Under the pieces are notes generated by a model. It saw nothing but the letters and a program-made list of their open reading frames with translations, made no database searches and was not told the origin of the DNA. This document shows positions 38,945-47,958 of a stretch of 60,475 bases of DNA, piece after piece. Both the position numbers and the translations under genes were made by a program. The DNA is from an uncultured Clostridia bacterium. GTDB taxonomy: Bacteria > Bacillota > Clostridia > Christensenellales > CAG-314. Within the stretch, counting starts at the first letter, position 1. Every line of letters starts with the position of its first letter. The DNA lies in assembly GCA_947624235.1 (NCBI GenBank), contig CANQJK010000002.1:1-60475 (forward strand), given 5' to 3'.

Positions 38945-39018
38945 AAAAAAAGGGCAACGATCGTTACCCTTTAATGTGGATGGACTTCAAATGTCCGGTC
39001 GGAAGCACCCGACGCCAC
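38945..39018 (-). ncRNA. Candidate ~74-nt small RNA (unclassified) with its own promoter and terminator
   Basis: On the minus strand: TTGACA, 17 nt, GATAAT (39053-39025). The predicted transcript is GUGGCGUCGGGUGCUUCCGACCGGACAUUUGAAGUCCAUCCACAUUAAAGGGUAACGAUCGUUGCCCUUUUUUU. It folds into a 3-way junction: GUGG/CCAC closing GUCGG-GUGCUU-CCGAC and GGAC-AUUUGAA-GUCC. The terminator is GGGUAAC-GAUC-GUUGCCC followed by U7 (38972-38945). The 5' end is inferred, not observed. Confidence 0.5.
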
Positions 39019-39024
39019 AGCTAC

Positions 39025-39053
39025 ATTATCTAACAGTTTTTTGATTTTGTCAA
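39025..39053 (-). promoter_or_regulatory. Near-consensus sigma-A promoter driving the candidate sRNA
   Basis: On the minus strand: TTGACA (39053-39048), a 17-nt spacer, GATAAT (39030-39025). Confidence 0.55.
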
Positions 39054-39349
39054 CAAAAATAAATTAAAACACATTGTGTGCTTACACAAAAGATAGAGTA
39101 CTATATTGTGGAAAAACTGCAACAAATGATGTGTAATAACGTTAAATTGCTGTCAAAATAGATTTCCATGCGAAAGTATTACCACAGTGGAAGGCGAACT
39201 TGTTCATTAACAATGGTGGGATAATTAACTGCACACCAAACATTTGGTAAAGAACGGAAATTTTATCTGTTATACGATCAGGAAATATCTTCGACATTCA
39301 GTTAGGGATTGCACGAAGTTATTATATTAAATAAATTGCTTGTATTTGA

Positions 39350-39378
39350 TTGCAAAAAACAAACGCTTGTGCTATAAT
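39350..39378 (+). promoter_or_regulatory. Sigma-A-type promoter for rpsB-tsf
   Basis: TTGCAA(39350-39355), 17 nt, TATAAT(39373-39378). This gives a 5' UTR of about 120 nt containing the hairpin ccgag..ctcgg. Confidence 0.55.
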
Positions 39379-39501
39379 CTACAAGGTTTAATTCGCATTT
39401 GTGCAGGATCTGCTTGTTGTGCCGAGGTTTGCCTCTCGGTTGCTTGCGGAGTTGATGGCACAAAGAGGTTAAAAACAACATAAAAAAGGAGAAATAAAAA
39501 A

Positions 39502-40281
39502 ATGGCAGTTGTATCAATGAAACAGCTTTTGGAAGCAGGCGTTCACTTTGGACACCAAACCAGAAGATGGAACCCCAAAATGAAAAAGTATATCTATACC
39601 GAACGTAACGATATACACATTATCGACCTTCAACAAACGGTCGCTCAGGCAGAGATAGCCTATACTTTCGTTCGCGACATCGCGGCGGAAGGCAAGCCCG
39701 TTTTGTTTGTGGGAACTAAAAAGCAGGCGCAGGAAGCGATCAAGACGGAAGCGGAGCGTTGCGGAATGTACTACGTCAACAATCGTTGGTTGGGCGGAAC
39801 GCTGACCAACTACAAGACGATCAAGTCCCGTATCGAACGGCTTCACCAGATCAACCAAATGGAAAAGTTGGGAGAGCTGGATGTTTTGCCCAAAAAGGAA
39901 GTTGCAAAACTTTTGGAAGAACGCGACAAGTTGGAAGCTAACCTCGGCGGTATCAAGGATATGAAGGGCATGCCCGGATGTATTTTTATCGTCGATCCCA
40001 AGAAAGAGGCAATAGCGGTAGCTGAGGCGCATGCGCTCAACATCCCCATTGTTGCTATCGTAGATACAAACTGCGATCCCGACCAAGTAGATGTTGTTAT
40101 ACCTGCAAACGATGATGCTATCGGAGCAATAAAGATTATTGCGTCTATCATTGCCGGAGCTGTTATCGAAGCCAAGGAAGGCATTGTGATGAGCGTACCC
40201 GAAGAGGATGAAGAGACCGTCAAGGATGTATCCGAGGCGGAAGAAGAACCCAAAAAAGACGAGGAGACAAACAATGGCTAA
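39502..40281 (+). CDS. rpsB: 30S ribosomal protein S2
   Basis: '[22 protein letters not shown]', 'LFVGTKKQA', 'RWLGGTLTN', with an acidic C-terminal tail. Confidence 0.95.
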   Translation: MAVVSMKQLLEAGVHFGHQTRRWNPKMKKYIYTERNDIHIIDLQQTVAQAEIAYTFVRDIAAEGKPVLFVGTKKQAQEAIKTEAERCGMYYVNNRWLGGTLTNYKTIKSRIERLHQINQMEKLGELDVLPKKEVAKLLEERDKLEANLGGIKDMKGMPGCIFIVDPKKEAIAVAEAHALNIPIVAIVDTNCDPDQVDVVIPANDDAIGAIKIIASIIAGAVIEAKEGIVMSVPEEDEETVKDVSEAEEEPKKDEETNNG

Positions 40282-41206
40282 TTTTACAAATCAAGATGTA
40301 ATGAAATTGCGTGAACAAACGGGCGTCGGCATGATGGATTGCAAAAAGGCGCTTGTTGCAACGGACGGCAATTTTGACGAAGCCGTCAAATATCTGCGTG
40401 AAAAGGGCATGGCGTCTGCCGCCAAAAAGGCAAGTCGCGTTGCCGCGGAAGGTCTTGTAAAGTGCGTCGTATCCGACGACAGAAAAACCGCGGTTGCAGT
40501 AGAAGTAAACTGCGAAACGGACTTTGTTGCGAGAAGCGATCAGTTTGTGGAGCTTGTAGACAATATCGCTCAACACATTCTCAAATCCGACGCGACAACG
40601 GTAGAACAGGTGCTCGAAGAGGTTTATTGCGAGGATTGCGGAAAAACAGTCAACGTTCTTATCGCAGAAGCTACGGCCGCCATCGGCGAAAAGCTTTCTC
40701 TGCGCAGATTTACAAAGTATGTTCTGGACGGAAACGGCTTGATTTCCAGTTATATCCACATGGGCGGAAAAATCGGCGTTTTGTGTGAGTTCCACAGCGA
40801 CGCGTCACAAGAGGATATCAGCGAATTGGCATTTAACGTTTGCATGCAGATAGCGGCAAGCAAACCCTTGGTCGTGGGTATCGGTGATGTTGACGCGGCT
40901 CAGTTGGAGCAGGAAAAGGAAATTTTGACCGTTCAGGCAAGAAACGAAGGCAAGCCCGAAGCGATTATCGGAAAAATGGTGGAAGGACGTATCCACAAGT
41001 ACTACAAGGAAGTTTGCTTGTTGGAACAGGAATATGTCCGCGACTCGGCTTTTTCCGTTAAGCAAGTTATTGCAGATGTTGCAAAGCGTTTGGGTAAAGA
41101 TATCAGCGTTACCAGATTTGTTCGTTACGAAATGGGCGAAGGTATCGAAAAGCGCACCGATAACTTTGTTGACGAAATTGCCGAACAACTCAAAAGCATT
41201 AAATAG
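40274..41206 (+). CDS. tsf: Elongation factor Ts
   Basis: '[19 protein letters not shown]' is the UBA-like N-domain. The start overlaps the rpsB end by 8 nt. Confidence 0.95.
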   Translation: MANFTNQDVMKLREQTGVGMMDCKKALVATDGNFDEAVKYLREKGMASAAKKASRVAAEGLVKCVVSDDRKTAVAVEVNCETDFVARSDQFVELVDNIAQHILKSDATTVEQVLEEVYCEDCGKTVNVLIAEATAAIGEKLSLRRFTKYVLDGNGLISSYIHMGGKIGVLCEFHSDASQEDISELAFNVCMQIAASKPLVVGIGDVDAAQLEQEKEILTVQARNEGKPEAIIGKMVEGRIHKYYKEVCLLEQEYVRDSAFSVKQVIADVAKRLGKDISVTRFVRYEMGEGIEKRTDNFVDEIAEQLKSIK

Positions 41207-41217
41207 TATCAAATGTG

Positions 41218-41254
41218 AAAAAGGGAACAGACGTAACGGCTTGTTCCCTTTTTC
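41218..41254 (+). terminator. Intrinsic terminator/attenuator between tsf and pyrH
   Basis: gggaaca(41223-41229)/tgttccc(41242-41248), flanked by an A-run and ttttt. Confidence 0.65.
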
Positions 41255-41278
41255 TGACAGTATTTTGCGAGGATTTTT

Positions 41279-41977
41279 ATGACTAATTACAAACGTATTC
41301 TGCTCAAAATCAGCGGTGAAGCGCTTTCGGACGGCAAAACCAATATTTGTCATCAACGCGTAACGAACGTGGTGGAACAAATAAAGAAAATTTGCGCAAC
41401 GGGCGTAGAGTTGGGCGTTGTTGTTGGCGGAGGAAACATTTGGAGAGGACGCTCGACAAACAGCATGGACAGAGCTACCGCAGACTACATCGGCATGCTT
41501 GCCACCGTTATGAACGGATTGGCGCTGGGTGACGCGTTGACGGCGGAAGGAGTGGATAACCGCGTTGTGTCCTCCTTTGCAATAGACAAGGTTACGGAGA
41601 CATATTTTTTGCCTAACGTTTTGCGTTATCTTAATGAAAAGAAAGTAGTTATATTTGTCGGCGGTACGGGCTCTCCCTATTTTTCGACGGATACGTCGGC
41701 GTCGCTCAGAGCTTGCGAAATACACGCAGACGCCCTTATCTGTCTGAAAGCGGTAGACGGTATTTACGACAGCGATCCTAAATTGAACCCCGACGCGCAC
41801 AGGTACGATGAAATAAGCTACGACAAAGTAATAGCGGACAACCTGAAAGCGTTGGATCTGACGGCAATTGCAATGTGCAGAGAATACGGCGTAAAGATAA
41901 TTACTTTGGGAAAAGACGAGCCTGACGGCGTCGTGCGCGCATTGACGGGCGAAAAATTGGGAACAATTATCAAATAA
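41279..41977 (+). CDS. pyrH: UMP kinase
   Basis: 'RILLKISGEAL', 'VVGGGNIWRG', 'DTSASLRA', 'VDGIYDSDP'. Confidence 0.95.
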   Translation: MTNYKRILLKISGEALSDGKTNICHQRVTNVVEQIKKICATGVELGVVVGGGNIWRGRSTNSMDRATADYIGMLATVMNGLALGDALTAEGVDNRVVSSFAIDKVTETYFLPNVLRYLNEKKVVIFVGGTGSPYFSTDTSASLRACEIHADALICLKAVDGIYDSDPKLNPDAHRYDEISYDKVIADNLKALDLTAIAMCREYGVKIITLGKDEPDGVVRALTGEKLGTIIK

Positions 41978-42038
41978 GTGTTGAATTATCTTCCTTTTTG
42001 ATGTAAAATAGCATATATATCTATAATTGGAGGGTGTT

Positions 42039-42614
42039 ATGAATTACGCTACACCGCAAATCGAAGAAATTTTTGTAAACTTTGAATTGGATTGCGACAA
42101 GGCAATCGAATATATGAAAAACGAATACAATCTTATGCGCGCAGGACGCGCCAACCCAAAGTTGGTCGAGGGTATTCGCGTAAATTACTACGGAGCGCTT
42201 ACTCCTATCAATCAAATGGGCAATATTTCCATTCCCGAACCGAGATGTATCGTGATAACGTTGTGGGACAAATCGATGTTAAAGGAAGTGGAAAAGGCTA
42301 TTCTCGCTGCAAATATCGGCGTTACTCCGCAAAATGACGGCACATTGATAAGACTTACTTTCCCCGTCCTTACAGAGGAACGTCGCAGAGACCTCGTAAA
42401 ACAGGTCAAAAAGCTTGCCGAAGACACCAAAGTGGTGCTCAGAAACGCTCGCAGAGAAGCAATGGACAGTCTCAAAAGGGAAAAGAACGCAAAGACCGTT
42501 TCGGAAGATCTGATCGCCGATTACGAAGAGGAAATTGACAAGGCGCTTGCAAAACAGATAGAGTTGGTGGATAAACTCGCCAAGGACAAGGAAGCGGACG
42601 TCATGTCCGTGTGA
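42039..42614 (+). CDS. frr: Ribosome recycling factor
   Basis: 'MRAGRANPKLVEGIRVNYYG', 'TPQNDGTLIRLTFPVLTEERR', 'VLRNARREA'. Confidence 0.95.
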   Translation: MNYATPQIEEIFVNFELDCDKAIEYMKNEYNLMRAGRANPKLVEGIRVNYYGALTPINQMGNISIPEPRCIVITLWDKSMLKEVEKAILAANIGVTPQNDGTLIRLTFPVLTEERRRDLVKQVKKLAEDTKVVLRNARREAMDSLKREKNAKTVSEDLIADYEEEIDKALAKQIELVDKLAKDKEADVMSV

Positions 42615-42618
42615 CAAA

Positions 42619-42816
42619 ATGGATCTCAGCAGTTTGATCGGACTTGAAGTTTGCGATGCCGAAAGCGCTTTGCGTGATTTGGGTATAACAAACTTCAAGT
42701 TTGTTTATTATGTAGATAGAAAACAAAAAGAATTCGATAAGGAGTTGGTAACGGCTGTGCGCGTCAAAGACGGTGAGACGGAGTTGGTGGTTTGCCGTTA
42801 CAAAATGGAAATTTGA
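42619..42816 (+). CDS. Hypothetical 65-aa protein (PASTA-like pattern)
   Basis: 'LSSLIGLEVCDAESALRDLGITNFKFVY...VTAVRVKDGETELVV' loosely resembles a single PASTA-type alpha/beta unit. There is no clear SD, the ATG is 5 nt after the frr stop, and the 3' end overlaps the uppS start. Confidence 0.35.
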   Translation: MDLSSLIGLEVCDAESALRDLGITNFKFVYYVDRKQKEFDKELVTAVRVKDGETELVVCRYKMEI

Positions 42817-43499
42817 CAAAAGTTCCGACGCATGTTGCGATCATAATGGACGGCAACGGACGCTGGGCGAAGGCTCGCGGACTTGCGCGTTCGCACGGAC
42901 ACAAAAGAGGCTTGGATACCGCGGAAAAGATCATAGAACATTCGTTGCAATGCGGGATCCGTTGTTTGAGTTTGTATGTGTTTTCTACGGAAAACTGGAA
43001 GCGTCCGCAATCGGAAATTGTCGGTCTTTTTTCGTTGGCGGATAAATATCTCAGTCGGTTCGAAAAATTTTGCAAAGACCGCGTGAGAGTTGTCGTTTCC
43101 GGCGAAAGAGAGGGCTTGCCCGACAAGCTTGTCAAGCGGATCGACTTTATTGAAAAATCGACGCGAGATTTCAATGCGATCTGCGTAAACTTGTGCCTTA
43201 ACTACGGCGGACAAAGAGAGATAGTAGAAGCGGTAAAAAAACTTGTCGCAAGCGGTGCGGAAATTTCCGTAGAGGGCATCATGTCCAATTTGTACAACGA
43301 TTTGCCCTGCCCCGACTTGATACTGCGCACGGGCGGACAAAAAAGGTTGTCAAACTTTTTGTTGTTTCAAAGCGCCTATGCGGAATTGTTCTTTACAGAC
43401 ACTCTTTGGCCTGATTTTACTACGGAAGAGTACGACGCCGTTTTGGAGGAATACGGACAGCGCACTCGAAATTTTGGAGGGATAAATGGCACTGAATAA
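42792..43499 (+). CDS. uppS: Isoprenyl transferase (undecaprenyl diphosphate synthase)
   Basis: 'HVAIIMDGNGRWAKARGL', 'FSTENWKRP', 'RTGGQKRLSNFLLFQSAYAELFF'. The start is uncertain (TTG 42792 or TTG 42813). Confidence 0.92.
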   Translation: MPLQNGNLTKVPTHVAIIMDGNGRWAKARGLARSHGHKRGLDTAEKIIEHSLQCGIRCLSLYVFSTENWKRPQSEIVGLFSLADKYLSRFEKFCKDRVRVVVSGEREGLPDKLVKRIDFIEKSTRDFNAICVNLCLNYGGQREIVEAVKKLVASGAEISVEGIMSNLYNDLPCPDLILRTGGQKRLSNFLLFQSAYAELFFTDTLWPDFTTEEYDAVLEEYGQRTRNFGGINGTE

Positions 43500-44526
43500 A
43501 AAATCTTTGCTCAACCGAATATTGGTGGGTATTGTGATTTTTATTGTGATGATCGGCATGGTATTGCTGAACATATATTTTGTCAATTACACGCACAGCG
43601 AGGCAAAAGATACCTTTGTAAGCGGACGCGCGATCAACTCCCTTATCATAGCATTGTTGATCTTGCTCTCGGTGATAGAGATGCGTCGCGCCTTGGGCAG
43701 AGAACGCATACCCGACTGTTTCAGTTGGCTGTTGTGGCTTTACGGCTTCGGGTTGATGCCCGCCTATGTGCTTTTCGGATTTGTGGGCATATTGTTTTTC
43801 TCGATGATCGTATTTATCGTTTCCGTCATCACGGCATTGTTCCGCAACCGTGCGGACAGTTTGGTGTACATCGCCTTCATGTTGGTGTACCCGGGGCTGT
43901 TTATGGCAACTTTGCTGTACCTCAACCGAAGCGCGACAACGCATGTTTATGAGGAAATAAGCGAGATGTACCAATATCTCGAAAACGATATTTGGGTGTA
44001 CATAAACAACATTTTGGATCGCGTCGGCGCTCAACAGACAACGCGCGAAAGCTATTTGTTGCCACTTAATGCTATCGCGCTTTCGTTGGTCTTTGCCGTG
44101 TCTACGTTTACGGATACATTTGCTTACTTTGTGGGAAGTTTGTTCGGAAAGCACAAACTATGTCCGCAGATATCTCCCAACAAGACGGTGGAGGGCGCAA
44201 TAGGCGGTATTGTCGGAGGCGCTCTCGGTTCTTTTTTGGTATTTGCGCTGTTTGACTGGGCAAAGGTGTTCGGAGAGCAATTCGGGCTTACGTTTGTCGG
44301 ATTGCATTTGTCCACGTTCAACATGGTGTTTACCTATGTGATCATAGGACTTCTCGGCTCCGTTGCAACGCAGATAGGAGATTTGCTTGCCAGCATGATA
44401 AAAAGATATTGCAACATAAAGGATTACAGCCGTGTGCTCGGCGAACACGGCGGTATCATCGACAGAATGGACGGCATAATGTTCAACTCGGTATTCGTGT
44501 CCTTTGTGTTCATGTTCATATTGTAA
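43486..44526 (+). CDS. cdsA: Phosphatidate cytidylyltransferase
   Basis: C-terminal signature 'SMIKRYCNIKDYSRVLGEHGGIIDRMDG'. 346 aa, with extra N-terminal TM helices compared with typical enzymes of about 270 aa. Confidence 0.88.
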   Translation: MALNKKSLLNRILVGIVIFIVMIGMVLLNIYFVNYTHSEAKDTFVSGRAINSLIIALLILLSVIEMRRALGRERIPDCFSWLLWLYGFGLMPAYVLFGFVGILFFSMIVFIVSVITALFRNRADSLVYIAFMLVYPGLFMATLLYLNRSATTHVYEEISEMYQYLENDIWVYINNILDRVGAQQTTRESYLLPLNAIALSLVFAVSTFTDTFAYFVGSLFGKHKLCPQISPNKTVEGAIGGIVGGALGSFLVFALFDWAKVFGEQFGLTFVGLHLSTFNMVFTYVIIGLLGSVATQIGDLLASMIKRYCNIKDYSRVLGEHGGIIDRMDGIMFNSVFVSFVFMFIL

Positions 44527-45623
44527 TGAAAAAAGTTGCGGTATTGGGCAGTACCGGTTCTATCGGTACTCAAACATTGGATATAATCGAACAAAATCGC
44601 GACAAGCTGAAAGTACATTCGCTTGTCGCCTATTCTAATGAAAAATTACTATCCCGACAAGTTGACTGTTTTGCTCCCCATTACAGCGCGTTGATAAGTC
44701 AAAAGGGCAAAAATTGTCTTATCGAAGCGGTAGAGGGCGCTGACGTTGCAGTTGTGGCAACAAGCGGAATAACCGCATTGGAGTGCGTGCTGTTTTGCTT
44801 GGACAACGGAATAGATGTGGCGATAGCCAACAAAGAAACGCTTGTGTGCGCGGGAGAATTGGTGATGTCCAAGATGGGCAAAGCAAAACTTTTTCCCATA
44901 GACAGCGAGCATTGTGCAATACGCGAGTGCTTGCTCGGGCACAATGGCAGGGTGAACAAAATTTTGCTCACGGCAAGCGGAGGACCGTTTTGGGATATCC
45001 CGTCAGACTCTCTTGCAAATGTCACCGCCGAGCAGGCTTTGAAACACCCAAATTGGAACATGGGGCAGAAAATTACTGTGGATAGCGCTACCATGATGAA
45101 CAAATCGTTGGAGGTAGTGGAAGCAAAATTTTTGTTCGGGATACCCGCAGAACAAATACAGATCGTTGTCCACAGACAAAGCGTCGTCCACTCCATGGTA
45201 GAATTTGCAAACGGCGAAGTGGTGGCTCAACTTGCCACGGCGGACATGCGTTTGCCGATACAACTTGCTCTTTTGGGAGAGGAGGGAAACTTTTCCTGCA
45301 AGTCGGTGGATTTTGCCCGTTTGCTTACGCTCACCTTCGAACAATGCGACTTTGACAAATTTCCGTGCGCGCGGTTGGGGTATGAGATATGGAACTATCC
45401 CCCGCTGTGCCGAACGGTGATGAATGGCGCAAATGACGTTTGCGTGGAAAGTTTTTTGCGCGGGAAGTTGTCTTTTGACGCTTTTTACAATATAATACTA
45501 ACTGCGGTAAAACATTTTGAAAATGAAGCAAGGCGCGCGGAGTTGAATGTGGACAATATATGTCTTTTCGATCGCCGTGCAAAGGAATATACGCGCAAAT
45601 TGATAAACGGAGAACTATGTTAA
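44526..45623 (+). CDS. dxr: 1-deoxy-D-xylulose 5-phosphate reductoisomerase
   Basis: 'KKVAVLGSTGSIGTQTLDI', 'LANKETLV', 'PIDSEHCAI', 'HPNWNMGQKITVDSATMMNK'. Confidence 0.93.
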   Translation: MKKVAVLGSTGSIGTQTLDIIEQNRDKLKVHSLVAYSNEKLLSRQVDCFAPHYSALISQKGKNCLIEAVEGADVAVVATSGITALECVLFCLDNGIDVAIANKETLVCAGELVMSKMGKAKLFPIDSEHCAIRECLLGHNGRVNKILLTASGGPFWDIPSDSLANVTAEQALKHPNWNMGQKITVDSATMMNKSLEVVEAKFLFGIPAEQIQIVVHRQSVVHSMVEFANGEVVAQLATADMRLPIQLALLGEEGNFSCKSVDFARLLTLTFEQCDFDKFPCARLGYEIWNYPPLCRTVMNGANDVCVESFLRGKLSFDAFYNIILTAVKHFENEARRAELNVDNICLFDRRAKEYTRKLINGELC

Positions 45624-46912
45624 ATCTTATTTGCGACTTCGTGTCGTCAATGAAAACCGTGGGATACGTTCTGCTGGCTTTTGTGGTGTTGATGTTTATG
45701 GTGTTGATACACGAAACGGGACATTACACGGCAGGTAAAATTCTCGGCTTTCAAATAAACGAATTTTCTATCGGTATGGGTCCCAAACTTTTCTCCAAAA
45801 AGAAAAAGAACGGAGAGGTTTTTTCCCTGCGCCTTTTGCCGTTGGGAGGATTTTGCGCGTTCGAAGGAGAGAACGAGGACAACAAAAATTCCAAAGCGTT
45901 TAACTCGCAAAAGCCCTGGAAACGTTTGATCGTGCTTTTTTCGGGCGCATTTTTCAATTTCGTTTCCGCCGTGTTGATCGCGATAATAGTTTTTTCCGCT
46001 TACGGCGAAACCGTCGTGTCCGTTCGAAATGTGTACGAATATGCTCCGAGCGCCAATCAACAGTTGCAACAGGACGACATAATTTACCGTGTAAACGGCA
46101 GGAGAGTGTACTTCCTCGACAGTCTTTCGCGATATTTGAAAGACGATGAAATGACGGTCACGGTTCTTCGTCCAACACAGCAAAACGGGCAAACCGTATA
46201 TGTGGAAACAGAGTTGGAGCACATAGAAAAAGGCGAGTTTTGTACCGTTGCAATTACAAAATTGGACGGTTCTTACAAATCTGTTACGGGCGATCGCTCT
46301 TTGCAGGTAAACGACAATATTTACAAGATAAACGGCAACACGTTATCCAAAAGGGGAGATCTGAACAGGCTGTTGATGAGCGACAGCGACACGTTGCTTG
46401 TCACCGTAACGGACGGCGCGGATTTTTACGATTACTATATAGACAAGATAGATATAAGCACAAAAATTATCGCGACCGAGCAGTCCTACACGGGATTGGG
46501 AATGTCCGTTAGTTATCTTAAACACAAATTCGATTTCGGCGAAGTTCTCATTCGCGTGGTCCCGTACTGTTTTGAGGTGGGCATGCTTGTGTTGCGCACA
46601 TTGGGCGGTTTGCTTACTGGTGTAGTGGGCGTCGAGGAAGTAGGCGGTCCCATAACGACTATTTCTATGACAAGCCAGATCATTTCAACGGGCTTTGGCA
46701 ATGTTTTGATGTTGATTGTGTTGATCTCCGTCAATCTTGCCGTGTTTAACTTGTTGCCCGTGCCTGCGCTTGACGGTTGTCAAATGGTGTTTGTGTTGAT
46801 AGAATGGATAGTCGGCAAGCCGATAAATAGAAAGGTTCAGTCGTATATAAACGGAATAGGGCTGATAGTGTTGATAATATTGATGATAGTTGTAGATTTA
46901 TTGAAGCTATGA
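45617..46912 (+). CDS. rseP: RIP metalloprotease RseP/RasP (M50 family)
   Basis: 'LIHETGHY' (the HExxH motif), 'NLLPVPALDG' (the LDG motif), polytopic. The start is uncertain (ATG 45617 overlaps the dxr stop). Confidence 0.88.
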   Translation: MLNLICDFVSSMKTVGYVLLAFVVLMFMVLIHETGHYTAGKILGFQINEFSIGMGPKLFSKKKKNGEVFSLRLLPLGGFCAFEGENEDNKNSKAFNSQKPWKRLIVLFSGAFFNFVSAVLIAIIVFSAYGETVVSVRNVYEYAPSANQQLQQDDIIYRVNGRRVYFLDSLSRYLKDDEMTVTVLRPTQQNGQTVYVETELEHIEKGEFCTVAITKLDGSYKSVTGDRSLQVNDNIYKINGNTLSKRGDLNRLLMSDSDTLLVTVTDGADFYDYYIDKIDISTKIIATEQSYTGLGMSVSYLKHKFDFGEVLIRVVPYCFEVGMLVLRTLGGLLTGVVGVEEVGGPITTISMTSQIISTGFGNVLMLIVLISVNLAVFNLLPVPALDGCQMVFVLIEWIVGKPINRKVQSYINGIGLIVLIILMIVVDLLKL

Positions 46913-47958
46913 GAAACAAAACAAGACAAGTCAGAATACGAAATTTATATATCGGCGGAGACCAACCCGTTGCGATACAGTCCATGACAAATTTGTCCGT
47001 AACGGACGTAGACGGCACGTTGGAGCAGATAAAACGTTGCAAAGTTGCGGGCTGTGACATAATGCGCATTGCAGTGCCCAATTCCGAATCGGTCAAGGCC
47101 TTCGAAAAAGTGCGTTTGCAAACGGATATGCCCCTTGTTGCGGACATTCACTTTGACTGGCGCCTTGCCGTCCAAGCAATAGAAGCGGGGGCGGACAAAA
47201 TCAGAATAAACCCCGGCAATATGTCGTTGTCACAGTTGGACAGCGTTATTGCATGCGCTAACGATCACCATGTACCCATAAGAATAGGAGTAAACGGCGG
47301 TTCCGTCAACAAAGAGGATCTGAACAGGGCAAAGGGAAACAGGGCGGAGGCGTTGAATAGCAGTTTGCGCCGATATGTGCGCTATTTCGAAGAGAAAAAG
47401 TTCTACGATCTGGTCCTGTCCGTCAAAAGCACAGATGTTCGGGAAACGGTGCAAACCAACAGGCTTATTGCCTCGCTTGGATATCCCGTGCACATCGGAG
47501 TAACGGAAGCGGGATTGCTTTGTCAAGGGTTGGTGAAGAACGCAATGGGTATCGGGGCGTTGTTGCTCGACGGCATAGGCGATACGATACGTGTTTCGCT
47601 CACTTCCGATCCCGTGAACGAAGTGTACGGCGCAAAGGACATGCTGGTGGCGCTCGGTTTGAAAAAAGGCGTTACTTTTGTTTCCTGTCCGAAGTGCGGA
47701 AGGTGTTCCATCGATTTGGAAAAAACCGCGCAGGAAGTGTACGATCACGTCAAAAATTCGGATAAAAACATAAAAATAGCCGTGATGGGGTGCGAAGTAA
47801 ACGGGCCCGGAGAATGTTCCGACGCCGATTTGGGTATGGCAGGGGCAAATGGCAAATTTGTATTTTTTAAGCACGGAAGCAGGTACAAAATGGTAGACGG
47901 CGATGTAGCCGTGGAAGAATTCAAAAAGGAAATAGATTTACTGACAGATGATAATTGA
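46909..47958 (+). CDS. ispG: 4-hydroxy-3-methylbut-2-en-1-yl diphosphate synthase
   Basis: 'PVAIQSMTN', 'VADIHFD', 'IRINPGN', and Fe-S Cys residues 'SCPKCGRC' and 'GCEVNGPGE'. Confidence 0.93.
   Translation: MRNKTRQVRIRNLYIGGDQPVAIQSMTNLSVTDVDGTLEQIKRCKVAGCDIMRIAVPNSESVKAFEKVRLQTDMPLVADIHFDWRLAVQAIEAGADKIRINPGNMSLSQLDSVIACANDHHVPIRIGVNGGSVNKEDLNRAKGNRAEALNSSLRRYVRYFEEKKFYDLVLSVKSTDVRETVQTNRLIASLGYPVHIGVTEAGLLCQGLVKNAMGIGALLLDGIGDTIRVSLTSDPVNEVYGAKDMLVALGLKKGVTFVSCPKCGRCSIDLEKTAQEVYDHVKNSDKNIKIAVMGCEVNGPGECSDADLGMAGANGKFVFFKHGSRYKMVDGDVAVEEFKKEIDLLTDDN

Noticed and set aside
38988-39012. The + strand string 'tgtccggtcggaagcaccc' resembles the SRP RNA domain IV core 'GUCCGGAAGGAAGCAGCC'. This raised the idea of a 4.5S/scRNA gene next to the translation genes.
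   Set aside because: The 5' partner needed to close the helix below the AGCA loop is absent (no GGG opposite CCC). The tetraloop is GGUC, not GNRA. No further SRP helices are present. The promoter and terminator signals are on the opposite strand.
39142-39243. A minus-strand 33-aa hydrophobic ORF (MFGVQLIIPPLLMNKFAFHCGNTFAWKSILTAI) upstream of the candidate sRNA. Together they might form a type I toxin-antitoxin pair.
   Set aside because: There is no Shine-Dalgarno sequence and no clear TM helix or charged tail typical of type I toxins. The sRNA does not overlap the ORF and is not complementary to it. The evidence is insufficient.
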